This document shows positions 37,045-46,551 of a DNA stretch of 64,000 nucleotides, one piece after another. Source of the stretch: Actinomycetota bacterium (lineage in GTDB: Bacteria > Actinomycetota > Geothermincolia > Fen-727 > Anoxymicrobiaceae); NCBI GenBank assembly GCA_018831265.1, contig JAHJCO010000041.1, positions 33,700-97,699 of the forward strand, given 5' to 3'. Under the pieces are notes generated by a model. It was not told the origin of the DNA. It made no database searches and saw nothing but the letters and a program-made list of their open reading frames with translations. How positions within the stretch are numbered: the first letter of the stretch is position 1; every line of letters begins with the position of its first letter. The position numbers were made by a program, and so were the translations under genes.

Positions 37045-38028
37045 ATGGATATCCTCGTCTGCCCGGCCTGTCGCGGAGAGCTGGCCGATACCTGTGATGC
37101 CGGGTCGTACGCCTGCATCTCCTGCGGCCGTTCGTACCCCGTGTTCGAGGGACACGCCAGCTTCGTCGCCGCGGACGAGATGGGGGAGTTCGCCCGCTGG
37201 CAGATGGACATCTACGACGGGAACCGTCCCGACCTCGCACCGCCCGACTACTCGGACCTCGAGCGGGTTCGCTCTCACAACGAGGGCTCGGTGGAGGTCA
37301 CGCGGGCCTGCGGGGCGCTCTCCCCGAACTGGAAGGGGATGAAGTCCCGCGAGGTCGTGGACCGTCTCGGGCCGCAACCGGGCGAGCTGGTACTGGACGT
37401 CGGGTGCGGGCTCGGTACCCTCCTGGACACCATGGCCGCCGCCTACGGCACCATGGGGGTCGGCATCGACCTGGGACACGCGGGCCTCAAGGCCGCTATC
37501 GCCTGCAACACCTCCGGGCACGGCTTCCACGAGGCTGACGCCCTGAACCTGCCGTTCCGCGACGGCGCCTTCGACCTCGTGGTGTCCTACGACGTGATTG
37601 AGCACGTGGACGATCCGGCCAGGTTCGTCTCCGAGATGGCCCGCGCCCTCCGCCCGGGCGGCAGGCTACTCGTCTACACCCCGTCCGCGCGTGACCGCTG
37701 GACCTGGCACTGGTGGGAGCGCCTCCTGCTCCGCGGGCGTTACAACCTCGGGATGGACAACCTGGCGGGCCACGACCCGGACAGGTTCCTCGAGCCTGGA
37801 AGGCTGGCCGCGCTACTCGAGGAAGCGGGCCTGGAGCGCGTCGGCACCGAGTCGTTCCACTCGCTGTTCACGCTCATATTTGACGAGGTCTATCCCGGGT
37901 TCTTCTACCGGGTGTTGAGGCGCGCGAGGTTCGTCCGGCCCGTATTCAGGATGCTCGAGAACGCGGATTCTCCGCTGAGCTCGTGGGGCTACGGAAACGG
38001 GTTCTTCGCCTGGGGGTGGAAGTCGTGA
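37045..38028 (+). CDS. SAM-dependent methyltransferase with an N-terminal Trm112-like zinc ribbon
   Basis: CPAC…CISC..YP, VLDVGCG.G, DA..LPF.DG.FD, EH. Confidence 0.88.
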   Translation: MDILVCPACRGELADTCDAGSYACISCGRSYPVFEGHASFVAADEMGEFARWQMDIYDGNRPDLAPPDYSDLERVRSHNEGSVEVTRACGALSPNWKGMKSREVVDRLGPQPGELVLDVGCGLGTLLDTMAAAYGTMGVGIDLGHAGLKAAIACNTSGHGFHEADALNLPFRDGAFDLVVSYDVIEHVDDPARFVSEMARALRPGGRLLVYTPSARDRWTWHWWERLLLRGRYNLGMDNLAGHDPDRFLEPGRLAALLEEAGLERVGTESFHSLFTLIFDEVYPGFFYRVLRRARFVRPVFRMLENADSPLSSWGYGNGFFAWGWKS

Positions 38029-38035
38029 TGCCGCT

Positions 38036-38242
38036 ATGAGCCTGCTCGGTCGACTCGTGAATCTGTCGCGAGACCTGGTACGCTGGCGCGACCTGGACTA
38101 TACGTCCAAACAGGTGTTGCTACGGAAGCTCTTCAGCATCCCATTCCTGGCGATGCTGCCGGTGATGCTTATCGCCGGGTTACTCCTGCGGCTCGTCAGA
38201 GGCCGGCTCGACGAAGCACTCGGCCAGCGGTATCTCGCATAG
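38036..38242 (+). CDS. Small hypothetical membrane protein
   Basis: Starts 7 nt after the methyltransferase and has one hydrophobic helix. Overlaps the 3' end of the convergent gene by 63 nt. Confidence 0.5.
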   Translation: MSLLGRLVNLSRDLVRWRDLDYTSKQVLLRKLFSIPFLAMLPVMLIAGLLLRLVRGRLDEALGQRYLA

Positions 38243-38749
38243 ACCCTCGTAGCAGCGGCCGGGGAGCGTCTGGTACAGGCGGGTGCCGTACCAGGTGGCT
38301 TGAGCCATCGGCTCACCGACCTCCCTGACCACGCGCGCGGGGACGCCCACGACCAGCGACCCGGGTGGTATCTCGGTGCCGGGCAGGACGACCGCCCCGG
38401 CCCCTATCACCGACCCTTCGCCGACTACCGACCTGTCCTGCACTATCGCTCCCATGCCCACCATGACGTGCTCCTCCAGGGTGCAGTTGTGCAGGATCGC
38501 CCCGTGCCCCACGTGCGAGTTCTCGGCGAGCCTCATTACCGCCCCGAACCCCGCGTGGATGACCACGTTCTCCTGTATGTTGGAGCCGTCGCCCACGATC
38601 AGCTCGCCCCAGTCGGCGCGCAGGCAGGCCCCGGCCGAGACCAGGCAGTTCTCGCCTATGGTCACGCTCCCGATCAACACGGCGGTATCGTGGATGAAGG
38701 AAGTCCTGCCCACACGGGGCCTGCGGCCCTCGAACTCGTACAGCGCCAT
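38180..38749 (-). CDS. Gamma-carbonic anhydrase family (CaiE/PaaY-like) hexapeptide protein
   Basis: LRAD, SNIQEN.V.H, VGHGAILH, G.PARV.R. Confidence 0.92.
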   Translation of the reverse strand: MALYEFEGRRPRVGRTSFIHDTAVLIGSVTIGENCLVSAGACLRADWGELIVGDGSNIQENVVIHAGFGAVMRLAENSHVGHGAILHNCTLEEHVMVGMGAIVQDRSVVGEGSVIGAGAVVLPGTEIPPGSLVVGVPARVVREVGEPMAQATWYGTRLYQTLPGRCYEGLCEIPLAECFVEPASDEPQE

Positions 38750-38865
38750 CTGAACTCCTCCGGTCTGAACGGTCTATGAAAGAATACCTCAAACCATTTC
38801 TTGCACGGACGCAACCGGGGCCGATCCGTATTAGAATCGCATGCGAAAAAACTCGGGCGAACACC

Positions 38866-38896
38866 TTGACTCTCCCCCCGGGGGAGGGCCGAAGAT
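38866..38896 (+). promoter_or_regulatory. MerR/BmrR-type promoter with a 19-bp spacer and dyad operator
   Basis: TTGACT, then a 19-nt spacer containing the palindrome CTCCCCC-C-GGGGGAG, then a weak -10 (GAAGAT); directly upstream of the MerR gene. Confidence 0.8.
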
Positions 38897-38920
38897 GGCG
38901 GCGGGAAGGGAGGTGAGACG

Positions 38921-39739
38921 GTGGACGGGCTGTTCAGCATAGGGGAGTTCTCCAGGATGTCCTGGCTGACCGTGAAGGCGCTGCGCCTGTACGACGAGGA
39001 AGGGATACTCAGGCCTGGCTTCGTGGACCCGGCGACGGGGTACCGGTACTACAGCAGCACGCAGCTGCCCGAGGCCAGGACCATTCGGATGTTGCGCTCG
39101 CTGGACATGCCGCTGGAGGAGGTCCGCGAGTTCCTCAAGGAGACGTCCCCGGGCGCCAGGACGAAGCTCCTGGAGGGACACCGGGAACAGCTCGAGAACA
39201 GGCTGGAGTCGTACCGCGCCATCATCTCATCGATAGACGACCTAACCGAGAGGAAAGGAGACGCCATGGAAAGGGAAGTGGAGGTAAAGGACCTCGCGAA
39301 CCTGCCGGTACTGTCCATCAGGTTCAAGACCTCGATGGCCGGGATAGGCGATGCAGTGGGGGTCGCCTTCGGCAAGATATTCGGGTTCCTGGGGCAGACG
39401 GGCACGCCGCCAGCGGGGCCGCCGTTCGCCCTGTACTACGACATGGAGATGAAAGAAGAGGACATCGACATGGAGATCTGCGTGCCGGTTTCCGGAGAGA
39501 TGGAAGGCGCGGGCGAGGTCGTGGGTCGCGTGGTCCCGGGCGGTGCCGCGGTCTCCACCATGCACGCGGGACCCTACGACCAGGTGGGCGGCGCCTACGA
39601 GGCGCTTATGACCTGGATGAAGGATAACGGCTACGAGCCCGCCGGACCCGCCCGCGAGGTATACCTGGTGGGCCCGGACAAGGTGCAGGACCCGGCGGAG
39701 TACCGCACGGAGGTGCTCATCCCGGCAAAGAAGGCATAG
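38921..39739 (+). CDS. MerR-family regulator with a GyrI-like ligand-binding domain (BmrR-like)
   Basis: SIGEFS…KALR.YD..G…P…TGYRYY, then H.GPY…AY..L..W and E.YL. Confidence 0.93.
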   Translation: MDGLFSIGEFSRMSWLTVKALRLYDEEGILRPGFVDPATGYRYYSSTQLPEARTIRMLRSLDMPLEEVREFLKETSPGARTKLLEGHREQLENRLESYRAIISSIDDLTERKGDAMEREVEVKDLANLPVLSIRFKTSMAGIGDAVGVAFGKIFGFLGQTGTPPAGPPFALYYDMEMKEEDIDMEICVPVSGEMEGAGEVVGRVVPGGAAVSTMHAGPYDQVGGAYEALMTWMKDNGYEPAGPAREVYLVGPDKVQDPAEYRTEVLIPAKKA

Positions 39740-39752
39740 ACAGCGGACTCAG

Positions 39753-39812
39753 TGAGCATTCACCTCAACCATTATCTCTCAACTGAGAAACAATGGTTGA
39801 GGTGAATTCTCG
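39753..39812. repeat. Inverted pair of 29-bp element variants; possible bidirectional terminator
   Basis: 39753-39781 and 39784-39812 contain ATTCACCTCAACCATT / AATGGTTGAGGTGAAT; located between convergent genes. Confidence 0.7.
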
Positions 39813-39815
39813 TCG

Positions 39816-40924
39816 TCAGTCGTTGGGGACAAGGACGTAGCCGGTTCCGCCGCAGTCCTGGCAGGTCACCCAGCCGGTCCAGCCCATCTCGTCGGTCATC
39901 CACCAGCCGCCCGTGCCGCCGCAGGTGCCGCAGACGACCCAGATATCGCTGGGGTACGGAGAGGGCGCGGGCTGTGCGTTGCGCCTGGCCTCCTCGGCCG
40001 CGGCGGCCGCCGCGGCGGCCGCCTTGCGGTTGTTGCACTCGCCTATGACGAAGTTGGCGTAGAAGGCGACCGAGTCCTGTTCCCCCACGAGCTGCTCTAT
40101 CTTCGTCGCGTTCTCGAGAAGGAACGAGCACTTGTCCAGGTAGTCGGGTAGCCCCGAGGCGTCGATGGCGCTGTTGTTCAGGTCCCCGACCGCGGCAACC
40201 GCCTCGTTGGTCCGGTCGTAGGCGCGCTGCCAGGCGTCGTCCCACTCGGCCTGTCGCTGCTTCTCAGCCTCCGCCTCAGCTTCTTCCTCGGCCGCCTTGC
40301 CGCCGCCGGCCTCGGCCGTGTACTGCATCTCGTCGGAGTCACCCCGCTTGTCCGCCCCGGACTCGAGCTCCAGCCTGGCCTCGACGTCCAGCGGCTTGCC
40401 GGTGCCGGAGGTCATCGTATACTCGATGGAGTACTCCTGTTCCGAGGAGCTCGATTTGCACTTGATGCTCTTGTTGATGAGGTTGGAGCCCTCAGAATCC
40501 ACAACCTTGACGAAAAGCCTGGCCTTGCCGTCCTCGGGGAACCTGGCCGTGTAGGCCACGGTCAGCTTGAGCTCGACATCCAGCGGGACTTCGTCCAGGT
40601 CGAGCTCGTCGTCATTCGCCTTCGTCAGATCGATGGACTCCAGCTTTGCCTCGAGGGTCGGTCCACCCCCGACAACGAGCACGAGACCGACGACGGCTCC
40701 GCCCGCCACCAGGACCGAGAGGGCGGTCACGAGGACTATCATCCACGTGGGGATCCTCCTGCCGCCGGAGGAGACCCCGACCGCTGAAGGAGCAACGGCC
40801 GGCGGGACGGCGCCGCGGGCGCGCCGGACCGCGGCACCGGCGTCCACCGCGTCGAGAGGGGTCCCGCAGCTCTCGCAGAACCTGTTCCCCTCGGGGACCG
40901 TCGAGCCGCACTGTTCGCAGTACA
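39816..40924 (-). CDS. Zinc-ribbon membrane-anchored protein with a C-terminal DnaJ-like CxxCxGxG pair
   Basis: N-terminal CEQCG…FCESCG, a single TM helix, coiled coil, CGTCGGTG…CQDCGGTG. Confidence 0.75.
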
Positions 40925-41009
40925 TCCTCATCACCTCAAGCTCTTGAATCCTCCCCGTACACACAGATTATCGGTCAAACGTGCGCGGTTCCATACCTCT
41001 GAGCAAAAA

Positions 41010-41100
41010 GGGGTCAAACCTGAGATTTTGCGTTTTTTGCATCAGGACGAACCTCGACCAAGACCTCGCGCAAAAAACGCAAAATCTCAGGTTTGACCCC
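41010..41100. mobile_element. 91-bp MITE/REPIN-like element with perfect 31-bp terminal inverted repeats
   Basis: GGGGTCAAACCTGAGATTTTGCGTTTTTTGC (41010-41040) and its exact reverse complement (41070-41100); no clear target duplication. Confidence 0.7.
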
Positions 41101-41120
41101 AATTGGGTAGAATTGGTGTC

Positions 41121-41870
41121 ATGAGCAAGCAGGGTGAGATCGAGTACCTCGGGAATCTCGGGGACGGGGGCGCGCGGCACGCCGCCGCCAAGCCGTTCTC
41201 GGACGACTCCTGCGCGGACAACCTAATGGAGATCGGCGCCGTTATGCTCCTGCTGCCCCCACCGCCCGCGAGGCTGCTCGACCTGGGCTGCGGGTCCGGC
41301 TGGACCTCGGTCTTCTTCGCCAGGCGCGGGTACGAAGTCACCGGGGTGGATATCGCGCCGGACATGATCGAGCTGGGCAGGCGGGCCGGGGAGCGCGAGG
41401 GGCTCGACAACGTGCGCTTCGCGGTCGGGGACTACGAGAGCCTCGACGTCGGCGCGGAGTTCGACTGCGCGGTCTTCTACGATTCCCTCCACCACTCCTC
41501 CGACGAGCGAGCGGCCCTGGCCTGCGCGTACCGGTCTCTGAGGACCGGGGGCGTCTGCGTGACCAGCGAGCCGGGCAGGGGACACTCCGAGACCCTCCCG
41601 GCCAGGAACGCCGTCAGCATGTACGGCGTCACCGAGCGCGACATGGAGCCGGAGCGCATCGTCGCCGCCGGGCGGGCCGCGGGTTTCAGGTCGTACGAGA
41701 CATACCCGCACGCCAACGTGCTGGTCGCCAGCATGTTCAGGGCCCCCACCCGAAGGCTCCTGAGCAGGGTAGACACCGCTGCGGTCATGAGGACACCGCT
41801 GCGCCTGTCGCTGCTGGCCTATCGCGTGGCGCGCAAGAGGGACAGCGCGATAGTCGCGCTCGTCAAATGA
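41121..41870 (+). CDS. Class I SAM-dependent methyltransferase
   Basis: LLDLGCGSG, VTGVDI, FD…YDSLHH, L..GG. Confidence 0.9.
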   Translation: MSKQGEIEYLGNLGDGGARHAAAKPFSDDSCADNLMEIGAVMLLLPPPPARLLDLGCGSGWTSVFFARRGYEVTGVDIAPDMIELGRRAGEREGLDNVRFAVGDYESLDVGAEFDCAVFYDSLHHSSDERAALACAYRSLRTGGVCVTSEPGRGHSETLPARNAVSMYGVTERDMEPERIVAAGRAAGFRSYETYPHANVLVASMFRAPTRRLLSRVDTAAVMRTPLRLSLLAYRVARKRDSAIVALVK

Positions 41871-42030
41871 CGGCCTGCGCCGTCCGTGGCGCAGAGCCCG
41901 GCCTCGTGGTGTTTATTCCGAGGTACGCATGGAGGAGTCCTCAAGTCGGCCGGGAATTTTCCGATAGCAGGTAATAACGGAACGACAGGGAGCCGTTGCC
42001 GGCCGGTCGTCTGAAAGGGGATCCGACTCG

Positions 42031-42369
42031 ATGGAAGGACAGCGGGAAGAAAAGGCGCCGCAGAAGCGCGTCGTCGTCATCACGGACCGTGAGACCGCGG
42101 ACGGCTTCCTGTTGTCCGGCACCGAGCTCAGGGCCTTTGATAATGCTGAGGAGGGCGCCAGGGAGATCGAGCGGCTCCTTCATGACACGGCCATAAAGGC
42201 GATTCTGGCCAACGAGGAATTCCTGGAAGCGCTCGACGAGAGGACGCGGCGCCTGGCCGAGGAGTCGCCCATCGTGGTGATCGAACTCCCGGCGCAGAGG
42301 GGCGGCCTGGCGATGCCGGCGCACGAGGACCTGCTGAAGATGATCAACCGCCTGAAGCCGCAGTTCTAG
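42031..42369 (+). CDS. V/A-type ATPase subunit F-like protein (orphan)
   Basis: V.VI.D.ET..GF.L.G…IL.NE…P.V.E.P pattern. Confidence 0.7.
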   Translation: MEGQREEKAPQKRVVVITDRETADGFLLSGTELRAFDNAEEGAREIERLLHDTAIKAILANEEFLEALDERTRRLAEESPIVVIELPAQRGGLAMPAHEDLLKMINRLKPQF

Positions 42370-42404
42370 AATGCCCGGGCGCGCGAAGCCCGCGGGAGGA
42401 CCGC

Positions 42405-42746
42405 TTGGAGAACCCGCAGCAAGAAGAGAACCGCTATACATGTCACGTCTGCGGCCACCAGATGGAGAGGTTCACCCGGATCTGCGAGAAGTGCGGCTCC
42501 ATCCGGCGGCCGAGCGCCGCGAGGGGAGTCGGGGAAGCCGTTGACGTTACCGGTGCCAGGGGTGCCTGCAAGAGATGCGGTGTCGCGGTCAAGAAAGGTA
42601 AGCCCTACTGCCCCGAGTGCCAGCAGTACATGGACGAGAAGGAGAGGGCCGCCAGGCAGGCCGGGAAGAAAGGCTTCTTCCGTACCATCATCGAGTTCCT
42701 CCGCTCGATCCTGAACGCGATCACGGGAAAACCCGGCGAATCCTGA
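42405..42746 (+). CDS. Double zinc-ribbon protein
   Basis: Four CxxC pairs; GGGAGGA RBS before the TTG start. Confidence 0.7.
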   Translation: MENPQQEENRYTCHVCGHQMERFTRICEKCGSIRRPSAARGVGEAVDVTGARGACKRCGVAVKKGKPYCPECQQYMDEKERAARQAGKKGFFRTIIEFLRSILNAITGKPGES

Positions 42747-42803
42747 TCAAGCGATTGAGCCCGGCCTCTCAAGCCGGGAACGTCCGACACGATTGAGCAC
42801 GGC

Positions 42804-44708
42804 CTAGAGCCCCAGCCTGGCCCTGTTCGCCTCAATGTGCGCGAGCATACCCTCCGCCGCCTCCGCCGCGTCGTTCTCGAGGTGGAGAACGCCACCTGTG
42901 ATCCCGGGCAGCTCCTCGGTCAGCATCCGGACCAGGTTGGGTGCGCCGGTGACGGTTGGCACGGGGTGCACGTATGTGTACAGCCCGAAAGCCAGCGCGA
43001 ACACGGCGTCGATCGTCGCCTTCTGCTCCATGTACTGCGGAGCGCAGGCCACCACGGGCAGGTCGGGTATCGGCACGCCGCCGAGAGCGTCCGAGACGGC
43101 GGCGATGAGGTCGGCCACCCTCCCGGTGTCCGTGCATGTGCCGTAGCTGAGCACCGGTGGGATCCCCAGCCCGGCGCAGAGCGCCTCGAGCCCCGGCCCC
43201 GCCTGCTCCGCGGCCTCGGGGAGGCACAGCCCCGCAACCTGGACCGCCCCGTTGCCGCACCCCATGGATAACACGAGGACGTCCCGCTTGATAAGCTCGC
43301 GGGCGACCGCCACCGTGTGCGAATCGTGCGCGTCGTCGCGGAGGGTCGTGCAGGACACCATCCCGGCCACGCCCCGGATGCCGCCACTCTTTATCGCGTC
43401 GAGCAACGGCTCGAGCGTGCCGCCGAGCGCCTCCAGGATGCTCTCCGTGGAGAATCCGACCACGACTTCGCCCATCGGTTGACCGGTGAAAGGCCGGATG
43501 GCGGCCTTACGCCCTCCGAAGTTCTCGACCGCCATCTCCAGCAGCCGGTCGGCCTGCGCCCCGGCCTCCTCGGGCACGTAGTCCAGCCGGTCGGATATAC
43601 CCTCGAACGCGACCAGGTCGCTCACCGGGATCAGCTTGAACCCGTACTTCTCCGCGTAGATCGGGTCTATGGGCATGGAGCAGTTCATGTCCGCCGCGAA
43701 CAGGTCCACGCATCCCGAGGCCATGACCGCCTCCTGCATTATCCAGTTGCCGGTGAACCCGTAGAAGACGTCGTCCATCTCCCAGCGCTGTATCATCTCC
43801 TGTCCGGTCTCGATGTTGGCGATCACCCGCAGGCCTTTCGCCCCGGCGGTCCTCGCCCGCTCCTGCCAGTGGGGAGACCTGGCCCTCTCGACCATGGCGA
43901 AGCCGAGGAAGGGCTCGTGCCCGTTGACCAGCACATTCACGTAGTCGGCGTCCAGCACGCCCAGGTCCACCCTCATCCGGTGAGGGCGTGGCACGCCGTA
44001 CAGGATGTCCATGCCGTACTCGTTGACTATCTGGCTCTGGTAGGCCATGGCTATGCCCATGCGCATGGCCTTGAGTGCCAGGCTCCGGTAGTAGCCGTCG
44101 ACGTTGGTCAGGCAGGAGCTGGTGGACTTCATCATCTCGCCGTAGATGCCGCCCGGGAAGATGTCCAGCTCCCTCCACAGTGCCTTGCGCTCGGGAGGGG
44201 CCAGTGCCTCGACCACGAGGCTCGGCCGGTCGGCCGGGCGGTTGAAGTCCTCGGTCACCAGGTCGCAGAAGCGCACCGCGACGTCGGGACCCGAGCCGCG
44301 GGTGTCAACGCCCAGTCGCGCCGCGAACGATTTGAGCTTGTCGGGCTCGCTTATCCTGTATGGCGCTTCCCCCAGGGCCGTGGCGCGCAGGGTCTTCACG
44401 GTCTGCTCCGTGTGGTAATGGTAGGTGGAGGCTCCCAGGACGTTTCGCAGGAGCATCATGCGCATCGCCATGCCGTCGGCGGTGATGCCGCACACGCCCC
44501 GCTTGTCCTTCTCAGCGTCGGAGCGGCAGGGCCCGTTGGAGCACAGGTCGCAGCGGGTCCCGGCCATGCAGAACGGGCAACGCTTGTCGGGTGCGCCGAT
44601 CCCCTGGGCCTCGTAGCGGTCCCATATGTTGGTGACGCCGTCCGGCTTTATGCGCTCGGCGTATATCCGGCGCACCGACTCGTGGTATGAGATCCTGTCT
44701 GAATCCAT
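42804..44708 (-). CDS. cooS: Ni-CODH (CooS)/prismane family protein with atypical C-cluster ligands (CooS-V-like)
   Basis: CPFC..G.RC..C..GPC, CG..AD, NGHEP, D.NC, GCG, GTCTD.GR, MEQKA. Has NIETGQE where CCTG.E is typical. Start at ATG 44708 with a GGAGGAG RBS. Confidence 0.9.
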   Translation of the reverse strand: MDSDRISYHESVRRIYAERIKPDGVTNIWDRYEAQGIGAPDKRCPFCMAGTRCDLCSNGPCRSDAEKDKRGVCGITADGMAMRMMLLRNVLGASTYHYHTEQTVKTLRATALGEAPYRISEPDKLKSFAARLGVDTRGSGPDVAVRFCDLVTEDFNRPADRPSLVVEALAPPERKALWRELDIFPGGIYGEMMKSTSSCLTNVDGYYRSLALKAMRMGIAMAYQSQIVNEYGMDILYGVPRPHRMRVDLGVLDADYVNVLVNGHEPFLGFAMVERARSPHWQERARTAGAKGLRVIANIETGQEMIQRWEMDDVFYGFTGNWIMQEAVMASGCVDLFAADMNCSMPIDPIYAEKYGFKLIPVSDLVAFEGISDRLDYVPEEAGAQADRLLEMAVENFGGRKAAIRPFTGQPMGEVVVGFSTESILEALGGTLEPLLDAIKSGGIRGVAGMVSCTTLRDDAHDSHTVAVARELIKRDVLVLSMGCGNGAVQVAGLCLPEAAEQAGPGLEALCAGLGIPPVLSYGTCTDTGRVADLIAAVSDALGGVPIPDLPVVACAPQYMEQKATIDAVFALAFGLYTYVHPVPTVTGAPNLVRMLTEELPGITGGVLHLENDAAEAAEGMLAHIEANRARLGL

Positions 44709-44856
44709 TTCTCCTCCCCGGAGACACTGTCGGTATTCATCGAGTTCCATGACAGGGAGGTCAGCCTGGCCGAGCCCTGTTTCCCCGACGAGGAATGATC
44801 CCCGGGTTTCCCCGGTCTATGAGCCGCCTCCTGCGGGCATCCGACCCGCGGCCGCG

Positions 44857-46551
44857 CTACTCCTTCCTGAGAACCTTCTTGTCGACCTTACCCACGGCGG
44901 TCAGCGGCAGCTCCTGCCTTATCTCGATCGTCTTGGGGACCTCGTAAGGTGTCAGCTTGTCCTTCGCCATCTTCATGATGTCCGCTTTCAGGCCCTCGTC
45001 GTCGCCCTGGAACTTGTTCCCGGGAACGGGTGTGACGAGGGCCTTCACGAGCTCCGACCCCGGACGCTCGGGATTGGGAACGCCGATGAGTGCGACCATG
45101 TCGACCGCGGGGTGCTCGGCGAGGACCTCCTCGACCTTCTTGGAGAACACCTTGAACCCGCTCACGATGATCATGTCCTTGGTCCGGTCCACGATCCTGA
45201 GGTAGCCCTCGGGGTCCTGCACCGCCACGTCACCGGTGTGCAGGTATCCCTCGGAGTCGAAGACGAGGGCCGTCTCCTCGGGCTTGTTGTAGTAACCGGG
45301 CATGACCATCGGCCCCTTGACGCAGATCTCGCCGGGCTCGCCGAGCGCGGCCTCCCTGCCGGTGTCGGGATCGATCAGCCTGATGTCGGTGTTGGGCAGC
45401 GGCAGGCCGATGCTGCCGAGCTTCTTCACTCCCCGGTACGGGTTCATCGCCGTCAGAGGGGAGGTCTCGGTCATCCCGTAGACCTCCATCAGCTTGCCTT
45501 TCCCCACGACGCTTTCGAGCTGCTTCTGGGACTCCTCGGGGAAGGGCGCGGCGGCGGTGACGCACACCTCGATGTTGGAGTGATCGAGCTCCATGAACTT
45601 CGGGTTTGCGATGAGCATCTGGAATAGTGAAGGAACGTTGACCAGCGCGGTCGGCCTGTACTTGGCCAGCTCCTTGCAGATGTGGTCGGTGTCCCTCGGG
45701 TTGGGGATGAGCACCTGGGTCCACCCCAGGTAGATGCAGTTCTCGTTGAAGAACAGTCCGGCCACGTGGAAGAACGGGAAGCCGGACAAGGCCACTCCCT
45801 TGCCCTTCTCCCAGCCCAGCCAATCCTGCACCAGCAGCAGGTCGGAGACCGCGTTCCTGTGCGTGAGCATGGCGCCCTTGGGGCTGCCGGTCGTTCCGCC
45901 GGTGTACTGGATGTAGGCTATGTCATCGGGAGTGATCTCCACGGTCGGATGCTCCGCCGAGTACTTCGGGTCACCGATGACCTCTTTCATGTCGACGACC
46001 GTCTTGCCGGGCAGGGGCGTGACCTGACCCGTGGGGATCTTCTTGAGCAGCTTGCCCAGGAACCTCTTTATCCAGGGCAGAAACCCCCCGACGCTGGCGG
46101 TCGCCACCAGCTTCAGGTCGGGGAGGTTGGAGCTTATGCCCACCAGCCTTCCGGCGAAGATGGCGTCGAGCGTTACCAGGGCCTTAGCGTTCACGTCGCT
46201 CAGCTGGTACTCCATCTCCTCGGCCGAGAGCAGCGGTGAGACGCCCGACACGACACAGCCTGCGCGCAGGGTGCCCAGCCAGGCAATGACGTACTCGGGG
46301 ATGTTGGGCAGGTTTATCCCGACGACGTCCCCCTTCTTCAGTCCGTTCTTGATGAGCATGTCGGCGAACCGGTTGGCGTAGCGGTCCAGGTCGCCGTAGG
46401 TGACCTCGACGCCCATGTATGCCAGGGCCGCCTTGTTGGGGAACTCCTTGAAGATCTGCTTCACCGCCTCGACGTAGGTCGTCTCCCAGCTCTCCGGGTC
46501 CAGGTCGGTGATGCCGGCATCGTAGGACTTGGTCCAAAACCGCTCTGCCAT
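44857..46551 (-). CDS. Acyl-CoA synthetase (E. coli FadD-like AMP-binding enzyme)
   Basis: QYTGGTTGSPKG, YGMTETSP, GEICVKGP, LHTGD, DRTKD, P.TAVGK. Confidence 0.95.
   Translation of the reverse strand: MAERFWTKSYDAGITDLDPESWETTYVEAVKQIFKEFPNKAALAYMGVEVTYGDLDRYANRFADMLIKNGLKKGDVVGINLPNIPEYVIAWLGTLRAGCVVSGVSPLLSAEEMEYQLSDVNAKALVTLDAIFAGRLVGISSNLPDLKLVATASVGGFLPWIKRFLGKLLKKIPTGQVTPLPGKTVVDMKEVIGDPKYSAEHPTVEITPDDIAYIQYTGGTTGSPKGAMLTHRNAVSDLLLVQDWLGWEKGKGVALSGFPFFHVAGLFFNENCIYLGWTQVLIPNPRDTDHICKELAKYRPTALVNVPSLFQMLIANPKFMELDHSNIEVCVTAAAPFPEESQKQLESVVGKGKLMEVYGMTETSPLTAMNPYRGVKKLGSIGLPLPNTDIRLIDPDTGREAALGEPGEICVKGPMVMPGYYNKPEETALVFDSEGYLHTGDVAVQDPEGYLRIVDRTKDMIIVSGFKVFSKKVEEVLAEHPAVDMVALIGVPNPERPGSELVKALVTPVPGNKFQGDDEGLKADIMKMAKDKLTPYEVPKTIEIRQELPLTAVGKVDKKVLRKE

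Noticed and set aside
42804..44708. Wood-Ljungdahl/CO-oxidation locus
   Set aside because: No acsB-E, cooC or cooF genes are nearby, and a C-cluster ligand is altered.
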